From contig JBDHAB010000054.1 of the NCBI GenBank assembly GCA_039588295.1, positions 1-23,139 on the forward strand: DNA of 23,139 nucleotides, given 5' to 3'. Origin of the DNA: Gemmatimonadota bacterium (GTDB lineage: Bacteria > Gemmatimonadota > Gemmatimonadetes > Gemmatimonadales > GWC2-71-9). The position numbers and the translations under genes are program-made. This document shows positions 1 through 8,685 of this stretch, piece by piece (position 1 is the first letter of the stretch; the number at the start of each line of letters is the position of its first letter). The notes beneath the pieces were generated by a model that worked only from the letters and a program-made list of their open reading frames with translations, was not told the DNA's origin and searched no databases.

Positions 1-194
1 CAACCTATGGGCCCGACGGGGAGGTCGTCAAACAGCAACGCGTGCCCAATAGCCCGCTCCTGCTGCACCGCTACTTCGCGCAGTTTGCGGGCCCGCACCG
101 CGCCGTGGTCGAATTGTGACTGGCCGGGATTCGGGGTGAATACCGCGCCGTCGCGCGGCAATGCCGACAACTCCTTCTCTATTTCCCGCGGCAC
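1..194 (-). CDS. Possible hypothetical protein or gene fragment running off the window start
   Basis: Open frame from GTG at 194 (VPREIEKELSALPRDGAVFTPNPGQSQFDHGAVRARKLREVAVQQERAIGHALLFDDLPVGPIG) with no stop before base 1. No family recognised. Only ~33 bp from the divergent gene. Confidence 0.25.
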   Translation of the reverse strand, partial: MPREIEKELSALPRDGAVFTPNPGQSQFDHGAVRARKLREVAVQQERAIGHALLFDDLPVGPIG

Positions 195-227
195 GCGGCC
201 GCGACCCCTATCTTGAGTGTAGCAAAG

Positions 228-1694
228 ATGACTGCCTCCTGGGGGAATGCGACTCGCATCGCAGGGACTCTCGTCCTTGGTGCCGCGCTCGTCACTGCTG
301 CCTGTGACAGCGGTCCGGCGTCTCCGGATGAACTGGGAGATGCACTCATCACGGTTCTCTACACCAACGACGAGCACGGGTGGATCGCCGAGAGTGCTGA
401 GGCGGAGGGTGCAGCCAAGCTCATGGGATTGTGGAGGGGCGTTGAAGGCTATGACGCCGCCGACGGGTTCCTCGTGCTGAGCGGCGGTGACAACTGGACC
501 GGTCCGGCCATCTCGACGTGGTTCGAAGGTGCTTCTACGGTCGAGGTCATGAATGCCATGGGCTACAACGCCGCGGCCATCGGCAACCACGAGTTCGACT
601 TCACCGTAAATGGACTTCGGGATCGCATCGCGGAGGCCCAGTTCCCCTACCTCTCTGCCAACATTCGGCTTGCCGGAAGCGGAGACATTCCTGACTTCAC
701 CACGCCTTACGTGATCCGCGAGGTCTCGGGTGTCCATGTGGGGTTGGTGGGATTGACCACTCTATCCACTCCCTACTCGACCTTCCCAACGCATGTGGCG
801 GACTACGACTTCATCCCGTACGCGGAAGCACTCGAGGAGTGGGTGCCGCAGATATGGGACGCTGGGGCGGAAATCGTTCTCGTGATTGGGCACATCTGCC
901 ATGGAGAGATGAGCGCGCTGGTTCCAGTCGCGCATCAGCTTGGGATCAGCATGATCGGCGGTGGGCACTGTAATCAGCTGGTGGCAGAGACCAGCCAGGA
1001 CGTGGCCCTGATCCAGGCCGGGTGGCAGATGGGGCACTACGCGAAGCTGGAGATCGAATTCGATCTCGATGAGGGAACTGTGCGCGACCTGACCCCTTCC
1101 CTTGCGGTCAACACTGGTGGGACTGCCGATCCTGTGGTCGCCGCCATTGTACAAGGATGGGAAGAGGCCGCGGCTGTTGAGTTGTCAGTCATCATTGGAT
1201 ACGTACAGCAGACCACCGGCCGCACGTCTGCGACTATGCAGAACCTGGTCACCGATTCCTGGCTGTTCGTCTACCCCACCGCGGATATCGCGATGACCAA
1301 CGCCGGAGGAATCCGCCAGTCGATCCCCTCGGGTGACATCACCCGCGGCACGATCGTCAGCGTGCTGCCGTTTCAGAACAACCTGGTAGAACTCGAGTTG
1401 ACCGGCAGCGAGGTTATCGCATGTCTGGACGGAAACCTAATCGTCGGTGGTATGACCGCGATTGGGGGACACTTCCACTCAGACGGAACCCCGCTGAAGG
1501 CGGACAGCGTCTACAGCGTGCTCACCACGGACTACCTGTACGCACGGGATGACCACTGTTTCCTCGGTTTCGACAATAGCCCATACCAAACCGGGATGAA
1601 CTACCGCCAGCCTACGATGGACTACATCGAGTCGCTGGCAACGGGACCCGACCAGCCCCTGGACAACCATCTCGACCACACGCCTCGCCGGTAA
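228..1694 (+). CDS. Bifunctional metallophosphatase / 5'-nucleotidase family lipoprotein (UshA-like)
   Basis: Calcineurin-like motifs TNDEHG, SGGD, GNHEFD, GH and GGH. C-terminal 5'-nucleotidase domain (NAGGIR, VLPFQN, TTDYL). Lipobox-like VTAAC after a hydrophobic stretch. ATG 228 preferred over TTG 213. Confidence 0.9.
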   Translation: MTASWGNATRIAGTLVLGAALVTAACDSGPASPDELGDALITVLYTNDEHGWIAESAEAEGAAKLMGLWRGVEGYDAADGFLVLSGGDNWTGPAISTWFEGASTVEVMNAMGYNAAAIGNHEFDFTVNGLRDRIAEAQFPYLSANIRLAGSGDIPDFTTPYVIREVSGVHVGLVGLTTLSTPYSTFPTHVADYDFIPYAEALEEWVPQIWDAGAEIVLVIGHICHGEMSALVPVAHQLGISMIGGGHCNQLVAETSQDVALIQAGWQMGHYAKLEIEFDLDEGTVRDLTPSLAVNTGGTADPVVAAIVQGWEEAAAVELSVIIGYVQQTTGRTSATMQNLVTDSWLFVYPTADIAMTNAGGIRQSIPSGDITRGTIVSVLPFQNNLVELELTGSEVIACLDGNLIVGGMTAIGGHFHSDGTPLKADSVYSVLTTDYLYARDDHCFLGFDNSPYQTGMNYRQPTMDYIESLATGPDQPLDNHLDHTPRR

Positions 1695-2036
1695 GGTCCT
1701 TCGCGACAAGGGTTGCTCGGCGGAAATGACCTCGGTAGGGTGAGGGCGTTGCCGGTTGCGTCGCTAGCGCCCTGCGACTCACGCCCGCTGGATCTCGACC
1801 GGCGGTTCGCCGTCTTACAACGACCAGCGCCGCCGCCGTTGCTTGCACGTAACGAGCTTCCCTTCGGTGTTCCTCTTCGGATCCACTGGTCCGCTCCTCG
1901 GCCAGGGACGACGAGCGATCTCAGAACAGGGGACACCGGATACCCCTGGCCGCGTGTTCCGGATACTCCGGTCGAAGGCGCCACCTAACGGGGCGCTGGG
2001 TGCCTTCTTGGGTGTCTGCCGCCGTCTCCCAGTGGA

Positions 2037-3567
2037 TTAGCGCGATCGGTTCACCAAGTCGATCGTGACCTGTCGGCCGTCCACGGTGAGCGTGCCTGAG
2101 CTCTCGGATCGTACCTCAAGACCGTCACCGGAGGCTGCCACACGCTCGAAGTCATAGGTCCCATCGCTGATGGGAGCCATCGCTCCACCGTCCAGCGCAA
2201 TCGCGGGCGGATCTGGGGAGAAGAAGACCACGCTCTTCGTCCGGATGTCCCAGTCGGTCACGTCGAGGAGCGCAGCGTCTTGGACCTGAAGGAAGAAGCC
2301 ATCACTGGGAAGCCGCAAGGTGTAGGTGACGTAGTGGCGTGAGAAGACGTGCGTTCCGTCACCGACCACCCACCGCCGGCTGCGTGATGACCGGCTCCGA
2401 CTCACGCCGTTGGAGGAGACACGCACCTCGATCCGGTATCCCGGCGTTGCCTCGAACTCCTCGAGCGCGGCTTCGTAGGACGCAAGGTACTGCTCCACCT
2501 CACGCCGCGTGGCTTCCGCGATGGCTTCAAAGCCGTAGCGCCGCTTGGCCCAGGCGAGTTGCTCACTCATGGATACAGGCCGGACCTCGAACTGTTCGTC
2601 CAGGAGACCGACGAAGCTGAAGTCCTCCCCGTCTTCAGCAGCCCGCCGTTTCCAATCCACGCCGAGGTAGTCGAGGAGGATCCCCATCGTGCTACCTACG
2701 GGGTAGATACGATGACGGGCCACCGTCTCTGGAGAGAGCGTCTGTCCCTGCAGCCGCCCTTCGAAGTCACGGAGCAGATACTCCTCCATCGTCGTCCCCC
2801 CGAGCTCTTCACATGTCTGGGCAAACGCCGCAGAGGCAGTTCCGCCATGGCAATGTTGCCGCAGCAGCTCGACCCCCTTTGCCTCCACGTATTTCGCGGT
2901 TCCCTCCACCAACTCCTTGTGCAACTCGTACTCCCGCTGCCTGCACGCGATCGTCAGCACCGACCGCCTGGAGGGCATCCATCAGCAACCGCATTTCCAG
3001 AACTGCCAGCGCGGTGTTGTCGATGTCCAGTACCGGATACCGCTCCTCCGAGCGGGAGTCGGTCAGCGTGAATGATTCCCGTTGGTGCTGGTGGAACGCC
3101 TCGTGCACGACAAAGGTGAAGTAGTACAAGTTCGGGTTGGGGAAATCCCGTGGGATCTCCCTCCACGTGGGAAGCGCCACAGTGCGTACGCCATCCAGTT
3201 CGAAGTCGAACTCAAGTTGCCCGACGAGGTCGTCGTACCGACCCTCATGGTACAGTGCATTCATTCCCAGCTCCGGCCAACCGGGTGGGCACGCCGTGAA
3301 CCCTTCCGGAGTGTGAGGAGCGTTCACCAAGAGTGCCCATGTTTCCGGCACGTAGATCAGAAAGGGGCTCGTGGCCAGATCATACTCGGTCCAGATCGCG
3401 TCCTCTGTTTCCTTGAAGAGCTCAACAACCGCCACCGCCGTTCTGAGCGCCACGGACTCCGACGAGATCGGAGCGGGCGCGCCCGGTTTCTGAGCCTGTT
3501 GTGCAGTGGGTGTGATCGCCAGGAGTGCCGTGCCAAAGCACAGGGAAAACCGAGTCCGACGCACCAT
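2037..3567 (-). pseudogene. Secreted HExxH (gluzincin-like) metallopeptidase-like gene split by a frameshift near 2940
   Basis: AGGAGG RBS then ATG at 3567, signal peptide, and HEAFH motif in the 2809..3669 frame. The downstream ELVEGTAKYVE motif and the rest of the protein are in the 2037..2978 frame. Confidence 0.75.
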
Positions 3568-3950
3568 CTCGCACCTCCTGTATGTGCACCTGGCGCGGTG
3601 ACCCCAGCCGAGTCGTGAGGGTGCATCTATCGGCGGGGCCATCCGCCGCAACTCACTGAGTCGATGCACGGCAGTCGGTTTCCGTCGCGCGACTCTCAGG
3701 TCCTACCAGCAGCCCCGATGCGGCTTCCTTGCGAAGTCTCTTGCGTACATTCTCGGACGGGAAACTTCAAATGAACACGGATTATGTCAGTTGAAGATTG
3801 CCTTGGAGATCGGGAGCCAGTCGCACCCGTCGGTCGAAACCGTTATCAGCTTGAGGCCGTAGACCCAGGCATTGCGGCGGCGTTGGGTACGCACGGGTTG
3901 AGGAGCCGCCAACTGGTGGTTGGCTTGGAGCTCACGCGATATTGTGATAG

Positions 3951-4298
3951 ATGGCACGACGGGGACTGCACTCCTTGCGTGCCGCCGACACTGTGCCCGT
4001 CTGGCTAGCACTCGTCCTGATTGGCGTGGCAGCGGTACTTGTCCGAGAAGTGGTCGTTGCCGTGAGGCCACTACGCCCGACACTTGACCTGGGAAACCGG
4101 GAAGCGCACGTGCTGCGCCGCGTGCGGCGCCTTCGCCTCCTGGCGGGACTGGCAGTGGTCGTTGCGTGGGCTCAGCGTGAGGCCTACGAAGCCGGGTCGC
4201 CGAACTGGCTCGCCGACGCCGTGAGCTTCTTCTTCCTCTCGCTAGCGGTCGTTCTCATACTGGCTTCGTGGCGCCTCGCCCGGGGTCAGATGCTATGA
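3951..4298 (+). CDS. Small hypothetical membrane protein (about 3 TM helices)
   Basis: 115-aa ORF with three hydrophobic segments separated by Arg-rich loops. Confidence 0.5.
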   Translation: MARRGLHSLRAADTVPVWLALVLIGVAAVLVREVVVAVRPLRPTLDLGNREAHVLRRVRRLRLLAGLAVVVAWAQREAYEAGSPNWLADAVSFFFLSLAVVLILASWRLARGQML

Positions 4299-4705
4299 CT
4301 GAAACCCGACATGCGATATCTCACATGAGGGCTGGCGAAATCGTGCGTGCCGCTTCATAGTGCCATGTTCAGTCCCGCAGCAGGGGTGGCCGGATGCAGA
4401 AGGCGAAGCTGCAGGTGCGTGAGTTCGAGGCGCACGGTGAGCGATGGGAGGCTATCAGGCACCCGAGCCGGAAGAGTCAGCCTTCTCTCGGCCATGCGGC
4501 GCGCGTCGCGATCACGATGTCGGTCTTGGGGATGGGGTCTGGGTTCCTAGTCGAGCGTAGCGCGCAGCTCTTTGAGCAGTACATCCACCAGCTGCACACG
4601 GGTCGTGGTCGGATAGACCAGCCGCATCAGGAGTAAGAGGGCCCCAATAAACACCCAAGCCCAGAGCGTCACTCGGGGTTCGGAGCGTTGTTTCTGGGCG
4701 CAAGC

Positions 4706-4807
4706 GGGGTGCGTTTTGGGGTCCGTTTCTCACGGCAGAGTACGACATCCATGTCGTCAGAGTACGGCACCGACGCCCGACTTCCCTCGAAAGACCGACA
4801 TCATGTC
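4706..4807. repeat. Cluster of short direct and inverted repeats downstream of integrase 1 (possible att arm/core sites)
   Basis: GGGGT x2 at 12-bp period (4706, 4718). CAGAGTACG x2 (4736, 4758). Palindromes ACGACAT-cc-ATGTCGT (4742-4757) and GACAT-c-ATGTC (4797-4807). Confidence 0.5.
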
Positions 4808-4839
4808 TTGGTTCCTATGTTCTGAAGCCCCAATGGGCA

Positions 4840-6084
4840 TCAGGGGGTCGTGGGCCGGTGCCCCGCTCGCAGCCCGGTGACCCTCTCGGCAAGTAGATCG
4901 AAGTGCTGATCGACCCTGAACTCTACCACCTCGGCTCGGTGCCTCACTTGACCTAGGTGCGCGTAAATCCGCTGTACCATATCCGTGCTTGAGTGCCCAA
5001 GCTCTCGGGACACGGTGTATGCCGAGATCGGTTGACCTCGATCGAGCGTCTGCAGTCGTGCGGCACAGTAGGTATTGCGGAACATCTGTGCACGGATGTC
5101 GCCCGCTGCGAATCCCACGCGGACGGCCACCTCGTCCAGCACTTTGTCAATGCTCCACACCATCTGCTCGCGGCCTTTGACGTAGGCGGGGAAGAGCAGG
5201 CGGCCTGGCGGTGACGCGGCGACGTACCTGCCGAGGATCTCACCAAGCTGGGGCCAGAGAGGAACCACCCTGCCGGATCGCTCTGTCTTCAGTCGGCGCC
5301 AGTCGTTGGATCTGAAGCTGACCGTCTTTCGGTCGAACGAGACATCGTCTGTTTCGAGTCCCAGTACTTCAGACTTCCGTCCCCCGGTCAACAGGAAGGA
5401 CGCCGTGAGTGGGTAGATGAACGGAAGGGCGAGGTCGGGTCGTGAAGAACGATGGGTTCGGGCAGCTTCAAGTATCAACGCTGCATCATGCACCTCGAAC
5501 CACCTCGCCTCCTGCGCTCGACCTCGAGGCTTCGTCTTCAGGGCACCCACCGGATTGTATCCCGGAGGGACTGCTTCCTCCTCCTGGGCCGTTCGGAACA
5601 GATTGCTGAGAGCGTTGAGATAGTGCCGAAGGGTACCGCTCGACACCGGCCGGTTACCTTGTCCTTTCTTGGTCTCGCGGAGCCACACGAGCCACTTCTT
5701 CACGTCCGAGGGTCGGATCGACGAGAGTTCGCGATCGGCTCCAAAGAAGTCGACGGCGTCTCGCAGTCGGCGCTCCGTCACTCCCAGCCACTGGTCGGTG
5801 ACGTCCTCGTTCTTGGCCTTGTCGATCAGGTGCTCGCTCGCGAACTCGGCAAGGGTAACGGTGCGCCTGAGGCCGACGAGGCTGCGGTGGCTTCGCAGGC
5901 GTTGGAACTCCTCGAGGTGGGTGGCGACGACACGCCGCGCCACGTCCCAATCCGTCGTGGCCTGCCGTTGGCCATCGGGTACGAGAGGGATCTGTGCACC
6001 ACCGACGTCGGCGAAATCACGGAAGTCACCCCAGAGGCGACGACCCCTCGTGTAGATGCGGGTCTTGCGTGGTCGAGACGTGGC
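4840..6084 (-). CDS. Tyrosine recombinase/integrase 1; frame open to ~6087 with no canonical start before GTG 5943
   Basis: Catalytic-box motifs LLTGGRKSE (R), RLKT (K), QMFRNTY (HxxR box with Q), LGHSS (H) and IYAH (Y). The frame extends 47 codons upstream of 5943 (ATSRPRKTRIYTRGRRLWGDFRDFADVGGAQIPLVPDGQRQATTDWD) and is preceded by TCG. Confidence 0.9.
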   Translation of the reverse strand, partial: ATSRPRKTRIYTRGRRLWGDFRDFADVGGAQIPLVPDGQRQATTDWDVARRVVATHLEEFQRLRSHRSLVGLRRTVTLAEFASEHLIDKAKNEDVTDQWLGVTERRLRDAVDFFGADRELSSIRPSDVKKWLVWLRETKKGQGNRPVSSGTLRHYLNALSNLFRTAQEEEAVPPGYNPVGALKTKPRGRAQEARWFEVHDAALILEAARTHRSSRPDLALPFIYPLTASFLLTGGRKSEVLGLETDDVSFDRKTVSFRSNDWRRLKTERSGRVVPLWPQLGEILGRYVAASPPGRLLFPAYVKGREQMVWSIDKVLDEVAVRVGFAAGDIRAQMFRNTYCAARLQTLDRGQPISAYTVSRELGHSSTDMVQRIYAHLGQVRHRAEVVEFRVDQHFDLLAERVTGLRAGHRPTTP

Positions 6085-6085
6085 C
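6074..6085. repeat. 12-bp direct repeat copy 1 (CGAGACGTGGCC) at the integrase 1 N-terminus
   Basis: Identical to 6894-6905, 820 bp away. Confidence 0.9.
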
Positions 6086-6088
6086 GAA

Positions 6089-6157
6089 AAACCCCGAATA
6101 AAGGCGATTGTAACGAATATTTGTTACAATTTAAGGTACAATCGGGGTTTATTCGGG
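6089..6157. promoter_or_regulatory. AT-rich nested inverted/direct repeat region (att arm-type or operator sites)
   Basis: ATTGTAAC-N8-GTTACAAT (6107-6130). GTTACAAT/GGTACAAT direct repeat at 12-bp period (6123, 6135). Inverted pairs AAACCCCGA (6089)/TCGGGGTTT (6142) and CCCGAATAAA (6093)/TTTATTCGGG (6148). Confidence 0.6.
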
Positions 6158-6167
6158 TCAAGAAGGC

Positions 6168-6206
6168 CAAAGAAAAAGCCCCTAAACCGCTGTGATTTAG
6201 AGGCTT
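6168..6206 (-). terminator. Intrinsic terminator after tRNA-Arg
   Basis: Minus strand AAGCCTCTAAATC-acagc-GGTTTAGGGGCTT (G:U pairs) followed by a U-rich tract. Confidence 0.7.
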
Positions 6207-6213
6207 ATCGAAA

Positions 6214-6287
<74 letters not shown>

Positions 6288-6328
6288 TCGGGGGACAACC
6301 CCTACCGATGCTGAGCGAAGCGGCGCGG

Positions 6329-6556
6329 CTACACCGCCACGTATTCTCGAACATCCACCGCGAGACCCCGGTGGACTGCCTCCTCCGCGATTCCCATGAG
6401 CCGCTCCGACACGGTGTCCGAAAGATATTCCTCCCCGCAGTTCGGACAGATGAGTGCGGGGACGCCTTTCAGCACCACCGTCGAGCCTTCTCGCTCGAGG
6501 GTCACCGTGGTCGTCCCCGGACGTGTGTCGGCCAGCCCACAGATGGCACACTTCAT
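6329..6556 (-). CDS. YgiT-type zinc finger / MqsA-family antitoxin-like protein
   Basis: MKCAICG...VLKGVPALICPNCGEEY (two CxxC motifs). ATGA overlap with the upstream gene. No HTH domain. Confidence 0.9.
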   Translation of the reverse strand: MKCAICGLADTRPGTTTVTLEREGSTVVLKGVPALICPNCGEEYLSDTVSERLMGIAEEAVHRGLAVDVREYVAV

Positions 6557-6825
6557 CGCCTACGTCTCCTGAAACCAGGTTCCCACCGTGCCGGGTCGGG
6601 CTCGTACGCAGTGACCACAACCGTCAGGGAGCTGTTGGGATCCTCGGCTGCCAACACATGGATGGGTCGATCCCCACACCACCCGAGCACCAGTCGGCTC
6701 GGGTACGGACGGTCATGTGTATACTCGCGAATCGTATGGCCGGTTGCCAGTACCCCTCGAACGTCGTCGACGGTGATTTCGCGTTCGAACATCCGGCGCA
6801 GCGCGTGAACCCGGAATCGTAGCAC
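6553..6825 (-). CDS. DUF4258 domain protein (predicted toxin partner)
   Basis: FRVHALRRMFEREI...IREY..DRPYPSRLVLG...RPIHV...VVTAYEPDPARW signature. Translationally coupled to the YgiT-type gene. Confidence 0.9.
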   Translation of the reverse strand: MLRFRVHALRRMFEREITVDDVRGVLATGHTIREYTHDRPYPSRLVLGWCGDRPIHVLAAEDPNSSLTVVVTAYEPDPARWEPGFRRRRR

Positions 6826-6893
6826 CTGCTACGATGGACGCTGTGGCACCGAGAGCGCGCAGCGTCTTCACGCGGATCCGTACCGGTTCTTGG

Positions 6894-6905
6894 CGAGACG
6901 TGGCC
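6894..6905. repeat. 12-bp direct repeat copy 2 (CGAGACGTGGCC) spanning the tRNA-half junction
   Basis: Identical to 6074-6085. The last 4 bp overlap the tRNA-Arg fragment. Confidence 0.9.
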
Positions 6906-6934
6906 AACGCGCTATCCAACTGAGCTACAGGCGC
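6902..6934 (-). pseudogene. 5' half of tRNA-Arg (att-like duplication)
   Basis: GCGCCTGTAGCTCAGTTGGATAGCGCGTTGGCC matches tRNA nt 1-33, with one mismatch at 6911 that breaks a D-stem pair. No T-arm or 3' acceptor strand follows. Confidence 0.9.
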
Positions 6935-6941
6935 GGGGGCG

Positions 6942-7030
6942 GAGGGTGGTAGGGGTTAGGTGGTAGGTAACAGGGTGGGGAAAACACACGCTCCCCACAC
7001 CTATCACCCATCACCTGTCACCTATCACCT
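6942..7030 (-). repeat. Heptamer-repeat hairpin (REP-like) in the tRNA-Pro/tRNA-Arg spacer
   Basis: (CACCTAT)-like heptamers at ~6998-7030 oppose (GGTGGTA)-like heptamers at ~6945-6973 around GTGGGGA/TCCCCAC. Several mismatches are G:U pairs on the minus strand. Confidence 0.75.
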
Positions 7031-7037
7031 GCACCAG

Positions 7038-7111
7038 TCGGGGCGACTGGATTTGAACCAGCGACCTCCTGCTCCCGAAGCAGGCGCGCTACCGAGCTGC
7101 GCTACGCCCCG
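7038..7111 (-). tRNA. tRNA-Pro(CGG), CCA not encoded
   Basis: Acceptor CGGGGCG/CGCCCCG, anticodon stem CCTGC/GCAGG with loop TTCGGGA, T-loop TTCAAAT. Confidence 0.97.
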
Positions 7112-7130
7112 TGTGCAAGAAAGTGTGCAA
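7111..7130. repeat. GTGTGCAA direct repeat at 12-bp period (possible integrase arm-type sites)
   Basis: Copies at 7111-7118 and 7123-7130, between the integrase 2 stop and the tRNA-Pro 5' end. Confidence 0.6.
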
Positions 7131-7150
7131 TTAACGCCTTTCGCATCGCA

Positions 7151-8404
7151 CTACCCCTTGCTTTCCCGAAGCAGCCCGCCACTCAGGACGACTTCCAACA
7201 TAGTTCCCTGATCAGCCTGCTGGTAGCATCGCTTAAGGCTGTCCGTTTCCCTCCAACCACCAGCCGCCGCTACGTCGACGTCGGGCAGATGTTTTCGCTC
7301 AGTCGCCCATTTCCGTCTGTACGCGTGCCACAACGAGCCTTCCTGCTTTGGCACCCCGGCAAGCGTCTCGGCCTTCAGAAGCCAGTCTGACGCCAGCTCA
7401 TACCGGATCGGTTGGTTTGGATGGGCTGGCGAGGGAAACAGGTACGCTCCCCCGATGCCAGGGCGCTCAGCCAGAACGCGGTCAATGGCTGCCCGCCCAG
7501 CCGGAGAGATCGGAACGAGGGTCTCTCTGCCAGTCTTGTCGGTATCTGCGGGCCAGCAGATCGCACCATACTGGGCCTGATCGAGACGGAGATCTTGGTA
7601 GCGCAGCGAGCAGACCGCTGTAATCCGCCGACCAGTTCCATTGACGATGTCGAGTATCTCGCTCAGATACGACCTGACCGTACGCCGCTTGCCGTCCCAG
7701 CGACGCTCCATTGGGATCAGTCCAGAGACCGCACGCACTGCCTCGTAGCGCTCCTGGGTGGCGAAGGGGCGTCGCGGATTCTTCTCTGAGGGGGCGTCAA
7801 AGCCTCGGACAGGGTTCTCCCGAAGCAGATACCGGCCCTCCCGATCCCGCCATTTGGCACCCCAGTTCAGTACCCACCGGAGCCATTCACAGTCGCGCTC
7901 GACTGTCCGTGCTCGGATGGGTCGCCGCTTTTCCAAGGGTACGGGTTCGCCATGGGCGTCGATGGCACCCGAGCGGCGGGCCTCAATGAATCCTTCCCAC
8001 TCGCCGAGCGTGATTCGATGCGGGTCCTTCCGCGCCCCTAGCTGGCGCGTCCACATCTCAACCCGGCGCGCATCCTCAATCTGTTCGCCCCTACTCTTTC
8101 GTGGCGTGCGGTGCGTCTGATAGAGAGCTAAGAGACGTGCCAAGGCTGTCTTCCCCGTTGCAATCTCCGCCTGGCCCTCTCGCAGCTTCGCCGCCTGATC
8201 CAATGCGTACGATGTGGCTCGCTCTCGGTCGCGGTGCCCCAGCGACACACGTCGATACCCGCCTCGCCCGTTCCGCAGTGTTCGATCGAAGGCACGCGCG
8301 TATAGTGGTCCACCAGGCTCTCGCTCGTACACCGTGACCGTTGAACCGCGACTCCCGGCGCTGAAGCTCCACGTCTTCGCTCTGCGCCTCCTTTGTCTAG
8401 CCAT
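7151..8404 (-). CDS. Tyrosine recombinase/integrase 2
   Basis: GTGRRI (R), TDKTG (K), WHAYRR (HxxR), AGGW (W) and RCYQQ (Y). GGAGGGG RBS. Overlaps the upstream HTH gene by 8 nt. Confidence 0.92.
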   Translation of the reverse strand: MARQRRRRAKTWSFSAGSRGSTVTVYEREPGGPLYARAFDRTLRNGRGGYRRVSLGHRDRERATSYALDQAAKLREGQAEIATGKTALARLLALYQTHRTPRKSRGEQIEDARRVEMWTRQLGARKDPHRITLGEWEGFIEARRSGAIDAHGEPVPLEKRRPIRARTVERDCEWLRWVLNWGAKWRDREGRYLLRENPVRGFDAPSEKNPRRPFATQERYEAVRAVSGLIPMERRWDGKRRTVRSYLSEILDIVNGTGRRITAVCSLRYQDLRLDQAQYGAICWPADTDKTGRETLVPISPAGRAAIDRVLAERPGIGGAYLFPSPAHPNQPIRYELASDWLLKAETLAGVPKQEGSLWHAYRRKWATERKHLPDVDVAAAGGWRETDSLKRCYQQADQGTMLEVVLSGGLLRESKG

Positions 8405-8651
8405 CTTGCCCCTCCTCTTTGGAGATGATGTCGTCGAGGGCGTCGGCAGCTTTCTCTAAGGCTCTCGCTCTACGCCGCAAGAACCGCGACAGACGACGGG
8501 CGGCGTCGAGCGTTACGTCGCGCGTCCCGTCCCGATAGCTGTGCAGCGTGCGATACGCCTTCCCCATTCCGGCTGCTACGTCCCTCGGCATCGCGATCGC
8601 GACCTTCAAGGCCGCCAGGAACCTCCTTTCGAGTGTCCTGGACATGTGCAT
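8397..8651 (-). CDS. Small HTH DNA-binding protein (XRE/Cro-like); start at 8651 or 8645
   Basis: PRDVAAGMGKAYRTLHSYRDGTRDVT HTH-like pattern. Coupled to the integrase. Confidence 0.7.
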   Translation of the reverse strand: MHMSRTLERRFLAALKVAIAMPRDVAAGMGKAYRTLHSYRDGTRDVTLDAARRLSRFLRRRARALEKAADALDDIISKEEGQDG

Positions 8652-8685
8652 AATATCTGCACTGCCTCCTCTCAGCGCAAGGGTG

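Larger units (their letters stand above)
6288..6934 (-). mobile_element. 647-bp islet carrying a predicted TA pair, flanked by a direct repeat of the tRNA-Arg 5' half
   Basis: 6255-6287 matches 6902-6934 at 32/33 bp. Only the DUF4258 and YgiT-type genes lie between the copies. Confidence 0.75.

Noticed and set aside
1713..1988. Short ORFs between the nucleotidase and the peptidase
   Set aside because: Arg/Pro-rich shadow-like translations with no motifs.
1983..2043. Possible minus-strand attC after the metallopeptidase gene (CGCTAAT...GTTAGGT)
   Set aside because: R'' lacks AAC, the L-box spacing is wrong and pairing is weak. At best a degenerate remnant.
4394..4636. 80-aa plus-strand ORF, and an opposing short hydrophobic minus-strand frame (VTLWAWVFIGALLLLMRL...)
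   Set aside because: No recognisable family for either, and I cannot decide which is coding, if any.
6860..6934. Complete tRNA with an 8-nt anticodon loop (frameshift suppressor) or intron-split tRNA
   Set aside because: TTGGC/GCCAA can pair, but no T-arm or acceptor 3' strand follows, and the downstream tRNA-Arg is already complete.
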